In this document: in pieces, positions 1-13,029 of the stretch
Layout: the number at the start of each line of letters is the position of its first letter
Numbering within the stretch: position 1 is the stretch's first letter
Assembly: GCA_907165135.1 (NCBI GenBank)
Contig: OU015566.1
Location: 4,092,001 to 4,156,000, forward strand
From: Oikopleura dioica
Taxonomy: Eukaryota; Animalia; Chordata
Reading direction: 5' to 3'
Length of the DNA stretch: 64,000 nucleotides
Notes under the pieces: model-generated
What the model saw: the letters and a program-made list of their open reading frames with translations, nothing else
Database searches by the model: none
Told to the model about the DNA's origin: nothing
Program-made: the position numbers and the translations under genes

Positions 1-567
1 ATTCAAACGTCTTCTTCAGCTCTATCTACCCTGGTGTTTTCTGTTATAATAATCCGTGCATTCTTTCGTTGGAGAATCGAGATGCGCTGCAGAAGAATAT
101 CATGAATCAAATGAGTCCGCAGACGAAGAAGATCTTAAAATCGATTTACTTGGAGAAAAGGATTCAGTACTGCACAAGTCGATTTGAAGGGTTCAATTCG
201 CTGGAGCCGGTGCTGGATTATTACTTTGACGCTCTGTTTAGGTAAGTCAAGCAAGCAAAAGTGACGATATACGCGCTCAGAAACCTGTGTAGCTACCTGA
301 GTAAGGGTTTTACTCTCGCAACGCGGCCTTATCAAGACCCCGACTCAGGTTTATACACAGGTTAACGTGTGCAAATTTGACGATGATCAGTGATCACTGA
401 TAATCAAAATTTCCCCTAGTTTGGAGCCCGAATTGGAGTACTTTCCTGTCGACTTCCAAACCCGTGCGCATATTTGGCTTCGCAAAATCTGCCCCTCTCT
501 CTCGAACAAAATCCTGAACCGCAACGCACTGAAACTACTCAACTACAAAAAGAAGAAGCTGCAATAA
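1..567 (+). CDS. 3' part of short-chain dehydrogenase/reductase (BDH1/RDH-like); intron ~242-419
   Basis: Spliced translation ...KSIYLEKRIQYCTSRFEGFNSLEPVLDYYFDALF|SLEPELEYFPVDFQTRAHIWLRKICPSLSNKIL... resembles the C-terminus of BDH1/RDH-type SDRs (PVxDA...ALxxxxPxxxYxPxD). GT-AG intron. 5' part lies outside the window. Confidence 0.55.
281..363. mobile_element. MITE family A (aacctgtgt...cctgagtcagg...cctgactcagg...acacaggtt)
   Basis: Terminal inverted repeats, degenerate in this copy; intronic. Confidence 0.65.
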
Positions 568-732
568 CTAACCACGACTTTGTTTTACTGAAAAAGATGT
601 TTTATTACAATTTTAATATGAAAAGAGGGAGGTAGAAAAGGGAGTTCAGTTTTCTGTGAAGCGGAATGAAATGTAGAAAAAGGGGAAAAGTTTCCAGCTT
701 GGAAAATGTCGCGTTTTCTTCGTTTCTTCTTC

Positions 733-1134
733 TCAAACGGAGCCTCTTCGGACGACCATGTTGACCTTGCCGAGCTTGGAGACGAGGAGGGCGTTGATCT
801 GCTCTTCGGTCATGTTCCACACGGGCTTGTCGTCGATTCGGAGGACTTTATCTTCTCGCTAGAAATAGAGAGTTATGCGTTTGCTGTGGAGTTTTTGAAA
901 GTACCTTGAGTTTGAGCCAGGCATTGGTATTCTTGGAGAGAGAGACATTGGAGACTTTGGCAAGTGAGTTGTCTTCTTTTTTGATTGTGATTCCGTGGTT
1001 TTCACCGATTCGGACGTTGACGGAATAGGTCTTCTCCTTGAAAAAAGGGTAAATTCTTGCATTCTATCGTTTAAGAAACTTTAAAACACATAAAAAAGGG
1101 AAGAACTTACTGTTTTTGGCTGTGGCGCAGACAT
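733..1134 (-). CDS. small single-PDZ-domain protein (~93 aa, 3 exons)
   Basis: MSAPQPKT|EKTYSVNVRIGENHGITIKKEDNSLAKVSNVSLSKNTNAWLKLK|REDKVLRIDDKPVWNMTEEQINALLVSKLGKVNMVVRRGSV*. PDZ pattern (GITI, LKxxDxxLxI, VxNMT, VxMVVRR). GT-AG introns. Confidence 0.65.
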
Positions 1135-1291
1135 TTTCAAACTGTAAACTGACCATTTCTCTGATTTTCATCAATTCAAAATAAGCGATTCTAGAGAAAA
1201 CAACTCACTTCTGAGAAAAAAAAATCAACAAAATGGATGAATTCGTCAGGTTCATTTTATTTTTATTGCAAAACTTGGGAATACAGAAGAC

Positions 1292-4200
1292 TCAACCAAA
1301 TTTAGCAGTCACTTCCAGATTTTTCAGCTTTCCGAGTTTCTTCAAGTTCACTCGTGTCACTTCTTCTTCCTTTGGTTTCAGGTTTATGAGGGGTTCAGAG
1401 GTCTCATCGTCCGAATTTTCGTTCTTTTCGTCAATTTCCATCGGTTCAGCGTCTTCTTTTGGCGCTGTTTTTGCTCGGGCAAGCTCGTTTTGCCGTGTTG
1501 AAAGCTCGTTTGCTTCCAATAAAGTGCTACAATCGCAATTAAAAGGCTTTAAAAGGGTGATTCGAAGCTTACTTTAAAAGATTGCCAGCAAAGTCAGTCG
1601 CCTTCGGCAAAAGATACGCGGGCAAATAGAGCAACTCCCTCAGCTTATCGCTCGACAACACAAGCTTTTCAGCGACCTGTACTTCCTCAACAGGGGCTGT
1701 CACTTTTAACATTCCGCCGACGGGCGTCATCATTTTTGTTTCCTGAACACGCATTTCCGGCTCGCACTTTTTCTGAAGTTCTTCGACTTCTTCTTTTGAC
1801 GAAAGCTAGAAAAATGTCTGATTGCGGAGTCAAGGACTGGGCAGTTACCTTGAGAAGCGATCCACCTTTAGCAAGAACAACAATTTTATTCTGGCTGAAA
1901 ATATGCGCAGAGAGGATATCTTTCTTCGTTGTTGCAGTCGTCTGAAGAATAGTTAAAGAAAAGCTCGTTGATAGGACTTAAGGAAAACCTTGATTTTTCC
2001 GCTTGCTCCAGCGAAAATTCGTAACCTTGTTTCCGATTTGCTTTTTTCCGCGCTGACGAAAATGTCCATTGATGGATGCCTCCAGATTTTCCAAAATGTC
2101 GAGTCGTTCTTGTTCGAAATAATCCTTCAACCGATGTGAGAGAGATCGCTTGTGAAGCTCCTACCTGATCAAACTGCAGGTTATCAGATCCCAAAGATAG
2201 TAGCCGTCTTTTTTGCCGACCAAAAGGTTGTGTTTTGCGTCTCCACGGCAGAAGTAAACTCTTGTTAGGCCTTTTGAACTTTCTACTGGAGGCAGTAGCG
2301 TATCTTAGGTAAGGATTAGGTATTGTCCGTTGATTTTGATCAATTATTGCTACCTGTGAAAGCAAGATTCGAAGAAGCGTAAATCACACATTTCGATCTT
2401 GAAATTGACGCGACAATGCTAAAGGAAATGATAAAAATTGAATAACTTTGGAAAGAAAAAGTACCTTTGATCCTCAGAAACGTCGAAATGCCTGACCGCT
2501 TCGTTCCTGTAACCACCGATATGCGTCGTAATCCACCGCCCGTCAATTTCCTCCCATTTCTTTAATTTGCCGTCGCTGCCGGCTGTGATGAAGCACTTCT
2601 GATTCAATAGTTGAATGTGAGTGATGTTCCCAACATGAGCGCGGACTTGAAACATGTTTTACAAACGCCGAAACATAAGCGTTGATCAATTAATTTTCCG
2701 AAAACACGATCCTATATGCGTTTCATCAATCCACCGCTCGCCCTCGTGAGTCCAAAGACGAATGGTGTCCCGCTGACTGCTCATTGTTGTCGTTTTTCGC
2801 TCGACAGTAACCATTCGTTTCTCGAAAATGTCGACCAAGACGATCGAAGAAGCCGATGAAAAGAAACCAGATTGAAAGACGATGTTTTCGCGAGTTACAT
2901 CAAGCTAAAAACAATCATTAAAAAAGCTACAGTCGACCTGATGACCTACCCTTGAAACTTCTTTATTTCTCTCAAGCGAGTACATCTGAAGCATGCCTGG
3001 ACGACTATTCGCCACGATCGCATCAGTATTTGGATCCCAAGAAAGTCCTGCTTCGTATTGATCCATCACATTCTTCGTAAAGCCACTGATCGTGTGTTTT
3101 ATGCTCATATGATTGACAAGTTGAATCGAGTTATCAGCAAGCGACAGGAGCGTCCATTCGCCAAAATTCGCCACCCAAACAACCGGAGCGTTGAGGCGAG
3201 GGATAAAGGCGCGGCTATTCGAGTCAGTCGTGTTCTTCCAGTTTTCAACGAGGAAGACGGCTTCAGCGCCGCCGGACATGATGTTTACCCCATCTGTGCT
3301 GTAGCAGGCGTCGAATTCGATCTTGGCTCCGCCCTGGTCGACCGCATCGTCACGACCTTGATGCCAGTGGAAAACTGTGTTTGTGACGGCTTCTTTCGCT
3401 GCCTTGTTGCTACTTGTTTCCAAAAGGTTCGAATAGACGATGTTCTTTCCGGAAGAAAAACTCACGAGGACAGACTCTTCGCGCGGGTGATAGTCCAGTT
3501 TATCGGCTTGACCGTCTTTAAAAGTGAAGGAGACCTTTTTCGATTTTAAAGAATCAAGGCTGATGATCTTCATGAATTTCGGAGACACCAAGAAGGCAAT
3601 TTTCGAGCCTTTTCCGTTCAAAGACCATTGTCGATCGACCCCACCGTTTTTGTTGATTCTTTCTTTCAAAATATCGGCGAAGATGAACTTTGGTTCGACT
3701 GAAATCGTTCGCTCCGAACTCTCCGGAAACGGAATTCTTGCGTAGCCGCCGTTGACGATAAGATGCAGCTCTTTTTCAGTAGCTTTGACTGCGTTGACGC
3801 CTTCATCTTTTGAAACCCTGATGGTTCTGAGGAGTGCGAAATCGTCGACGGACCAAATTCGAATAGTTCCATCGAGGGAGGAAGAAATGAGAGAGAGTGG
3901 CTGGGTTGGGTGAGGGATGATGGAGGTGACGGTGTCTGTATGACCAGTCAAAGAAGCGACGAAATCGGAAGTGTAAACTGAATATACGCGGATCGCATCG
4001 CCAGTGATGGCACAAACGTAGTCGCCGACAAGACAAGGGATAGACTGAAGAGATGATTTGAGATTGGTTTTTGAGATCCTAAGTTTTTCTACACATGATG
4101 TGAAGCAAAACCTTTCTTCCAGGCAAAACGAATCCTTTCCTTACCTGTAACAAACAGTGGCCACCAAGCTCGGTCAAAAACGAGGTCTTCGCGAGCTTTT

Positions 4201-4330
4201 CTTTCTTTTCCTGACTCGCCTGCTTTTCAGGCTTCTTATGCGTCGCGTTCTTCGCACTCGCCGGCTTCTTCTTCCCTCGCTTTGTCTTTTTCCTCTTCAA
4301 CACCTCCTCGTTCTCGACTGTCACAGTCAT
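1292..4330 (-). CDS. WDR75: WD repeat protein 75 (UTP17), SSU processome; multi-exon
   Basis: WD repeats GHTDTVTSIIPHP...SSSLDGTIRIW, FHWH, SGGAEAVFLVENW, FIPRLNAPV and C-terminal PAYLLP motif typical of WDR75/Utp17. Lys-rich N-terminus. Confidence 0.8.
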
Positions 4331-4603
4331 CTTACTGTAAGTGCACTTTTCTAAGGAGAGAAACGAGTTGTTTTTAGATTGTGAGTTCTTTCCGTTTATT
4401 TTTAATAATTTTTTCTGTAACTCGCAGTAACAGAGCAAAAGTGGCTAAATTGAAATTCTTGAACTTTCGGAAATTTACAGTAATACATGTAATAACTTCG
4501 TATATTGCCTGAAAGGGAATTAGCGCGCTAGAATGGAAAAAGGAAGCGGCTTACCGTGAAAAGAGAGTGAGAAAAAAAGAGTGTTCTAGACAGCTAAAAT
4601 TGA

Positions 4604-5843
4604 CTATTCGCGCTCGGCAATGATGGTGAGGATTTCGTCGACTTCGTCGTTGCTCAGTTGGCGGAATTGGTTGTCGCTGGTGGCGACGGCGACCTCGATC
4701 TCTTGAGGCTTGAAGTCGGTGGCGATCACGTGTTGCAAGGTTGTGATTGCTAGAAAAAATGGTTAAACCAACAAGTAAGGAACATGTCAATCTTTTGTCT
4801 CCAAATTTGGACCTAATTTCTCTTTATTGGGTAGAAACACTTACCGAGCTCGGCGGTTTCTTTGAGTCCCCATTTCTCCTGATCAGTTTTCTTTCGAAGT
4901 TTCTTCTCCAAAAAGTTAGTTGCTTCAGTTTGCTTTGCTCCGATGGCGACCGCCTTGAAACCGGCAGTGTATCCTTGAATCGATCATTTTCGGAATAGAG
5001 AAAAGGGAGATCTACCTGAAGGGTCAGTTCTGTAAAGAAGCGGCACTTGATTTTCATCGTCGTATCCGATAATGAGAGAGGCGACGCCGAGAGCACGGGT
5101 TCCTGGTTCTTGGGTGTAAACTTGAGCGATTGAAGCCATTCGGTGAGCCAGCTGATCGCAGGGCATATCATAAGCTGAAGAGCAAATGTCAGAATAGGAG
5201 AATTTGAGCTATTGCTAACCGTTTTTGTAGTTCCAATTCATGGTTTCATATCTTGCTCGTCGGACAAACTCGCGCGAATCAGCGGACAGGCCGCAAACGA
5301 CGCATCCATTTGAGCCGCCGATTTTCCAAACGCGGGACATCGAATCCGCATCTAAATATCGTGAGATAAAGGAGGTGGCGTGTTCTTTACCGATAAGTTT
5401 GTCTGGAACCTTCTTCTGAATGACGAGTGCCGAGCAAGTGTCGCCGCGAACTCCGACTGCTGTTAATCCGCCTTGGTTGATTGCTTTGAACGCATATTCT
5501 ACTTGATACAGACGACCTTCCGGACTAAAAAGGGTGAATTTATAGAATATTTTTTGCTCAAAGCGAGGCCGTTAGGCCGAGTATGAGCGAAGCCCCCGCC
5601 CTCAACCTCTTTTTTCAGTAGAAAGACGCATATTCGCGGAATTTTCAACAAAGAAAAGATTTTAGGGAGGAGACTTCGCCCCCATACTCGGCCTGACGGC
5701 CTCGGGTTGAGTATCAAATCGGTATGTTTCTGGGAAAATAAGGGAATTCCTTTGTAAATCACCTCCTTTTTTAATTTCTTCATATTCATTTACCTGAAAA
5801 TCGTGATATTTCTGTCAAAACCAGCTGACGATCCCCGCGACAT
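4604..5843 (-). CDS. PSMA6: 20S proteasome subunit alpha type-6
   Basis: [17 protein letters not shown]|[21 protein letters not shown]..., ending ...LTIIAERE*; four introns. Confidence 0.95.
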
Positions 5844-6141
5844 TCTCTACTTTTTATCTGAAATTCACACAATTTATTAAAAATCTGTAAAAAAATATCA
5901 GCGCAGATATAATTCTAGAGAACGGAAAAGAGTTTCTCTTTTGTCTCGTTTCGCAAAGTTTGCTAAAAACAGCAAAAACGCGCAAATTTCAAAAAAACAA
6001 ATTTCAAATTTGCCCAATTCTCGAAATGCTCGCGCTCCGGCCAATCGGCGCCAAGCAAATCTTCATTTCGAGAACGAAGAGTTTCTCGGCTCGGAAACTG
6101 TACTTTTAGAAGAGAAAAGAGGTTAGAAGAAAGTGGAAAAG
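5844..6141. promoter_or_regulatory. putative bidirectional promoter between divergent PSMA6 and TLC-domain gene
   Basis: ~300-bp gap between divergent ATGs; CCAAT box (ggccaatc) at ~6039. Confidence 0.4.
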
Positions 6142-7726
6142 ATGGGGATAATGACGAGAGAAATTTATTTTGGAATGGCGGAAATTCTTGTTGGATATTC
6201 GCTCATTTTTCCAGCGATTGTCAGAATCGTGAGTTACATTTTTATAAAAATATTAGGTCCCCATATTAAAGGGCCCCTGTTTGTCAGTTTTGTACCCTTC
6301 TGAGCTCGGCAACCTGTGTAAAAACCTGAGTCAGGGTATGAAAAACCGCGTAGAGATACTTCAGACCCTGACTCAGGTTTTCAGCACAGGTTGCCGAGCT
6401 CAGGTAGCCCTATAAACAAAAAGTGGAACATAAAGGAGAAAACTTGAAAACTTTGAACGACTGAATTCAGATTCCTCCTCTTCGCCGAAAATTCGAACTT
6501 CTTTCCGACCGCGATCAGAATCTTTTCCTCAGAAAATGCGTCAGGTAAATTTAAATTTGCGGAAAATAGACAATTATTTTCGTCGTTTTACGTAAGAGAT
6601 ATTTTCAAGTTTATTTCTGGTTACATTTTAGTGCGTTTGTATTCCGTGTTTTTCATTGCGAAAATAGAAATTGGACAGTTTTAAAATTGGATGTCTATTT
6701 TTTCGCTAGGTAAAGTTCTTTTTAGCATCGTTCATTGCTGGTTTGTTTGTTCGCTGATTCTGTATCTTCAATTCAACCCGCATTTGTGCGAGCAAGGATG
6801 GAGCAAATTTAGCCAAATCTGGATCGGGTTTCTTTGGACGGATTTGTTCATCGGGTTATTGACCAAAACGGCGGGATTTGGTAAATACAAATACAATTAT
6901 TTTTCTTTCAAATAAGAGGGTCCCCGGTTAAGCTGATTCACTGATGCTCACTGAGCAGCAGCTGAGCATTGCTCAGCTCGGAACCCTGTGAAGAAAACCT
7001 GAGTCAGGTTTTGAAAGATCTTCAAGCAAATGCCGCAGAGCGGCTAACTTTGAAACAAAGCCGCAAAGCGGCTTCGAGATTCTGCCACTTCAATTTAGCG
7101 TACATCTTAAAAAGCCGCTCTGAAGGATCTTACAGACCCTGACTTAGATTTTAAGAGGATTTTTATATGAAAAACCCTCAAAATTGTATTCAGACGACAT
7201 CTGCCACCACATCCTCTACGGCTTCGTCCACCTGACAATCTACAGGATCGATGCAGGCTGCCTCGCCTTCAATGTTCTTCAATACCGCTACTACGCCGAT
7301 TTCTTCAATCAGAATATGCAGCTTCGTCTCATGCTCGGTATTTTTCTTCACTCGGCTATTCCTGATTTCTTTCTTTTTAGCAATGTTTGGCTTGAAAAAG
7401 TCGAAGCTGTACTACTTGAATAACCGAATTGCTTGCTGGGGCTTCTTTCTCGTCCGAATCGCGGTCATCCCTTTTGCGTGGTATAAGTTTTATCTTCAAA
7501 GGAACGAGCTCTAGAATTTTTTCGATCAGGGTCAGGCTCCCTGCGGCTTGGATATTTTTTGAGCTTGAAAACCAGCAACGAAATGTACATGTTCACGGAA
7601 AACGTCTACATCTTTACTGCCACCATCATCATGCTGATCTTGTCAGACTGGCAAAATCTCAACTGGTTCTCGCGAATGTACGCCAGCTGTTACAAATCCA
7701 AAGCAATAAACAAAAAGGAAAACTAA
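6142..7726 (+). CDS. TLC (TRAM/LAG1/CLN8) domain membrane protein, TMEM56/TLCD-like
   Basis: Exons give SIVH, DDICHH, SKLYYLN...FFLVRI and NLNWFSRM, the typical TLC motifs; multiple TM segments. Confidence 0.75.
6300..6403. mobile_element. MITE family A
   Basis: ctgagctcggcaacctgtg...cacaggttgccgagctcag near-perfect foldback. Confidence 0.8.
6975..7150. mobile_element. MITE family A with internal gccgc-NNN-gcggc hairpins
   Basis: cctgagtcagg...cctgacttag; internal gccgcagagcggc and gccgcaaagcggc. Confidence 0.65.
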
Positions 7727-9083
7727 TCAACCAAAAACCGCCTTCATCGATTTTACGAGGCTCGATGTATCCTCAAGTTCAACGTCTAAACTTGACACTG
7801 TCTATTTTTCTCTAATCTTTCCAAGAAACGCGGTCTGCTTTTACGAGGAATATTAATCGATTTCTTTGCTGTCTAAAATTTCAAATCAAGCTTTTTCTGG
7901 AGGGATTTTTAGACAGGAAATTTTTTTCAGCGAAAGATTGAAAAAAAAAATTCAAAATTTCGCGATTTTCGAGCTTTTTTTTACAATCTTTGGCTCTTGA
8001 GCTTGTTTTTTATCGACAATCTTGGGCGAATTATTTTTTAATTTTTTTAAATGCCGATAATTGAATAATTGAATCGCCGAAAATTTAATTTCTCGGCGAG
8101 ACAATCAAAATATCGGAAAAATCGTGAGCTTTTTTATCTTATCATCAAAAAACTGCTGATAAGGCGATATGCATGACTCTTATCCTCGGTTCAAGTTTTC
8201 TGTCTAAATTTCCTCTTGGTCGAAAATCGGGAAAAAAGGAGCGCTGAGGGGGGTCATCGCTGACCAATGTTTTCGATGCCAAAAATGGCGAGGTGGATTT
8301 TATGAGTTTGAAATCATCATTTTTTTTTTACGAAAACGAATTCGTGAATGAAAAAGATTCGCTGCGTAGGCTCGAGATAGCGAAAAAATAGACAGTTGAG
8401 TTGAGCTGTCTGTTTTTTCCCTCTCACTCGTTCTGGCCATGCTGGCCATCGTATCAGTGACCAAAATAGAAGGATCGCAAACTATCCTTCATCAATTTTG
8501 AACAATAGTTCCTATTTTTTAAATATTTTTAACAAAGGAAGTACAGAACGAAAAAGAGGAGGTCTGGAACCGACCTAGTTTCGGAGGAGAGATATATTGA
8601 TGAGCTGGTGATCTGCCGATTCAACCGTGAAAATATTTGACTTGCTCGGTGTGTTTAATTTTCTTTATATACAGATAAATGATTCTCTCTTTCTTCATTT
8701 TTGGTCCATTTCCTTTTTGGATGGATTTTTTTCTATTAAATAATTGTCAGTTTAAAATTCGATCTAATTATTATTTTATTAATTATTTCAATATTTATAA
8801 TTATGATATCATTTATTGATAAAATTTTATTTTAACAAAATTTTATTTTAATAATCAAACTTATAATTTTTTATCGATAATTTGAAATAGCTAAGTTGAT
8901 ATTCAAAATTTTGATAATTAATATTTAAAATATTTAAATATAATTTAAATATTTTGTATTAAATTTTATGCTAACGAATTTCACTAATGAATACATTATT
9001 TCCGCTTTTGTTTAATCTTATGAAAAATTTAAAGCATCAAGAAATTCTCCAATCCAGCAGCTCGTTGAACAAAAATAGAAAAA

Positions 9084-11392
9084 ATGCCTCGCTTCAAAAA
9101 CAAGCCGGAGCAGCAAGTAAATCCACTGCAGGAAGGCGAGCTGGACGACTTCAAAAACTGGGTACCGCCGTGCAAAGTTTGCGGAGACAAAAGCTCTGGT
9201 GTCCATTACGGACAGAGAACTTGCGAAGGATCGGGTTTTCGGAGGTTTTAATTTCGGTGGATTTGAACGGGAAATCCTTCGGTCAAGAAATGATCGAACA
9301 AAGCTTGCCCGGGTTGTTAATTTTCTTTTATTTGTGACGCCCTTAAACCGGGCTCGGCGACATTCGTAAGAAACCTGAGTCAGGGCCTAAAAGGTGGAAA
9401 TTCAGACCCTGACTCAGGTTTTCTGCACAGGTTTTCGAGCCAAAGAGCCATAATAAGGGGATGAACCTCTTTTGAATATCGTTCCCCGTACCCTTAAGTC
9501 ATAGTCATTTTTGTTGATGCTCATTGATTATCCAGTAATCTATTCATTAATATCATCAAAATTAGTTCATCTGTCGTTTTATCATCCTTTCAAAATGCAT
9601 GGCGCATGCTTGATTTGAGCTATTGCATAACTAGTTATTACATAATTCCTCAGTTGCATAACTCGGATCTTTTTATAGCAAGAGCCCGAGGGTTTGGGAT
9701 TATCGTCTTTCGTTTATTTTTACGAATTGCTCGGTGGTCATCTATTTTGAATTCTCCTTTTTCGGCGAGCGGGTTAGGGAAAAAGTGGACTACTATTTTT
9801 CAAGCAGAAAAGCTCTTTCGAAAAACCAGAAAAAGGTTGCAAGGGATTCTTCCGCCGCGTGGAAAAAGCAAAGAACAAGATTCAATGCAATGCGGATGGA
9901 AATTGCGAGATCAACATTCACACAAGAAACCGCTGTCAATTCTGCAGATTCAACAAGTGCATCGCTATTGGCATGAGTCGTTCAGGTAATCCAGTCGTTT
10001 TATCCTCTTTTCTAGCGTTTTTTCTTTCTTAAAATTTGACAAAAAAACTTCTGCTTTCTTCCGTTTTTAAGGTAAGATTAACGTAGTGATGAGAAAATGC
10101 ACGGTTTTGTCCTGTCACTAGTTTGACTGTAGCTTGACTGTATTTTGTCGTTGCATGTGAATGTTTGATTTGGCTTTTTCGGTGTTGAATGTGGTAAAGA
10201 AATCTGTTTTTTTAGCGATGAAATATGGAAGAATGACGAAACGCGCTAAGGATGCCATTTACCAAGGCAAGGGTCGCTTCTGATTGGCCGGTTGAACGAT
10301 TCCCGGCTTCTTATTGGCCAAAAGTCGAGACCCTTTTTTCCAGAGTACAAAAACGACATGTGCGCCAACGATGAAGAATCTGGGCCAGATACTCCGAGCT
10401 CCATCGACAATGGCAAGAATTTTCTTTTCTCAAATTTTTCATCTTACAATCGATTTTCAGATTCGAGCTTCATTCAATCCATGGATCCTCATCACGTCGT
10501 GACGACGCTTTCAAACACCGCTCACGCATTCCTCTCCATTTTCCCTCAAAAAGAAGAACTCAGTTCTGAGCTGGCGGGGGACTTCACGATTTCCTGGGAC
10601 GATTTTCTCGCTGATTTCAATTGCAAAATCGAGGTGATCTTTGCATTTCCGCTTTTCCTCATCCGTAGCTCTAGAAAGTGGTCGCTTTTTGCAAACGACT
10701 AGACGATTTCAAACGCCTAGAAGAGCTTCCAAACGGCCAGAGTGATCAAATCAAGCTCATTGCAAATCGCTTCTTTTTCGTGATCATCATCAACCTCTCC
10801 CGGACCCTCTACCACGACGGCTCTTTTCTCATCAACGAAAAGAGGGTGACCGAATGGATGCTTTCCACAGTTTCCTTTTCTCAAACAAATGTTATTCGGT
10901 ATTTAGATCTTTTTCATCATTTCAAAAGGAAATTTTGCCATTTCAGAACTTTGATTTCCGCCATGACCCAGCTCTCTTCCTGCCATTTGACTCCTGAACA
11001 ACTTGCTCTTCTTTCAGCAGAATTCATTTTTCAAAGAAGTAAGCCCTTTTTGCCCACAGTTATTCATTTTACGCTTTTTCAGATAATTTGGATGTTCATA
11101 ACGCTTCGGAAATCGACAGAAGCGCCATGTTCCTCAAACGAATCCTGATCTTGAGCATACAGCAGTCCCACGATGTTGACGATTTCGTGATCAAAGAATA
11201 CCTCAAGAGCATCTCCGACTCGTTCCACCACGCTTTTTCAACATTCAGATGCTGTAAGTACCCAAACCTCTTTTCCAATAAAGAATAATCTTTTCAGTTT
11301 GCCTGGAAACCTTGCAAGAAAGAAACTCGGCCCAAATGCTCCCGCCTCTGCTCCGCGAACTCATTGATTATGCCCAGACGCCTACTGTCTAA
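9084..11392 (+). CDS. nuclear hormone receptor, ROR (NR1F)-like
   Basis: C4 zinc fingers [20 protein letters not shown]|CKGFFRR...[20 protein letters not shown]|AMKYGRMTK (ROR-type T/A-box); divergent LBD ending [10 protein letters not shown] (AF-2 helix). Confidence 0.85.
9350..9441. mobile_element. MITE family A
   Basis: ggctcg...cctgagtcaggg...ccctgactcagg...cgagcc. Confidence 0.7.
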
Positions 11393-11623
11393 TTTTTTCC
11401 TATTTAAAATTATGATACCAGAAGGCTGTTAAATTATCGACGTTAGCTTCTGTAGTGATAAATTTCAACCCATCAAGTTCAAAAACGAATCGAAAGATTT
11501 CTGCTCTCAAATCGTTTACCGGTAAATAAAAGGTGCTCCAAAAGTTCAAATTCAATGAAAAATATTTTTTAAAATTTTATATTTATTTTACTTTATAGAA
11601 AAGTACGATCAGGAAGGCAGAAT

Positions 11624-13029
11624 CTAAAGGTGTCGCATTGTAAACAAGAAGGCAACTCCAGCAGCGAGCATTTTCCAGTTGAAGGGCATCGATTCTTCAA
11701 CTTGCAAGTGGGGCTGGACGAGTCCCTTGAACCAGCCATAGCCGGTCGCGGCGATGATGGCCAAACGAAGGACTATTGAGATTGTTTGCTTACGGACCAT
11801 TGCCTTGAAAAGAAAGAGTTACTTTAAGAATTCGGCCTTGGAATGGTCAAGGAGAAGGGTCAAAAAGGAATTTACCTGGTAGTCGACAGAGTTTTCGAGA
11901 TCTTTAATGACACCACCGAGTCTGTTGCAATGAGGAAGGGGTCCGTCGGGAACCGGTTTTCCGAGGAACTTGCAAATTGGCTCCCATCCGTCTTCGATTC
12001 GCCAGATCAAGAGCTTGTCTTTCGGGCAGTTGTTCATAACGTACTGGTTGTGTTGTCTGAAAAATGGAATAAAGAAGGGCTTTTATTTTGTGATTTCAAC
12101 CTGTATTTGAGGCGATAAAGGTCCATATTTTCGCCGTAGAAGTTTCTCGATTCAGCGCCGATAGAAAGCGGTCGGATCCAGTCCATGTAAAGACCGACAG
12201 CTCGAGAAGAGTGATTGAAGACCCATTTGTAAATTCCAGAATGAAGTCGCCACCAGCCCATTTCTTTGAATTGCTCTCGCTCGACCTGAAAAACCAATGA
12301 GTTTTTTGATTCAAGATTTCTTCTTACCGCCAAATGCTTGACGACTGAATTGGCCCATTTGTCTTCGTCTCGGATGGCGAGAATTACTAAAAAATTATAT
12401 TTTTTTGGAAAGTTTTTTGGAAAAGCCTGAATCAAGCGCTAAAAGAGCTAACATTAATAGCCGCGTAGCGGCTGTTTTATAAATAAAGCCGCGTAGCGGC
12501 TTTGGCCAATCTTATTGGACACCAAAAATATTTACTAAAAAAACAAATAAAAATCCTTGACCCGGCAATTTTTTATCTCCTTTATACGATTTACTTTCGT
12601 TGCCCGATTCAATATTTGCAAATGATTTTGTTTTACCTTTGGCATCGGGAAATTGTTTGAGAAGAATTTCCCAAAACGCAAAGTGTGGTAGATCGACGCA
12701 GGCGGTGTACTCGTCAGGATTTCCAGCGCCGAAAAGTTTTTGCAGAACTTCATTTGGTTTCTCGCCGTTGGCGATTCTCTCCCAGTCCTCCCAGTGGCGG
12801 TAGATGGCCTCGGGCGCGTCGCAGACTTTGTAGCCAAGTTGCTGAAAAGAAGGTTTATTTTAGAGCAGAAAATTGACATTTCGTTTCTCAAAAATTTCCT
12901 TATCATTTTCTCGACGAAATAAAATAAGGGTATACCCCTCCTTGTCCTTACCGTTAGCATGGCATTGACACTTTTCGTTCCAGTCTTGCAATATCCAGCA
13001 TGGATAACTTGAAGTCCTTCTTTACCCAT
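11624..13029 (-). CDS. P-loop sulfotransferase-family protein (Sulfotransfer_4-like) with C-terminal TM segments
   Basis: VIHAGYCKTGTKS; KDKLLIWRIEDGWEPICKFLGKPVPDGPLPHCN; hydrophobic C-terminus. Confidence 0.75.

Noticed and set aside
3058-3549. Long antisense ORFs over real genes (e.g. 3058-3549, 19507-20034, 34969-35445, 58119-58565)
   Set aside because: Shadow ORFs of the coding strand with no independent motifs.
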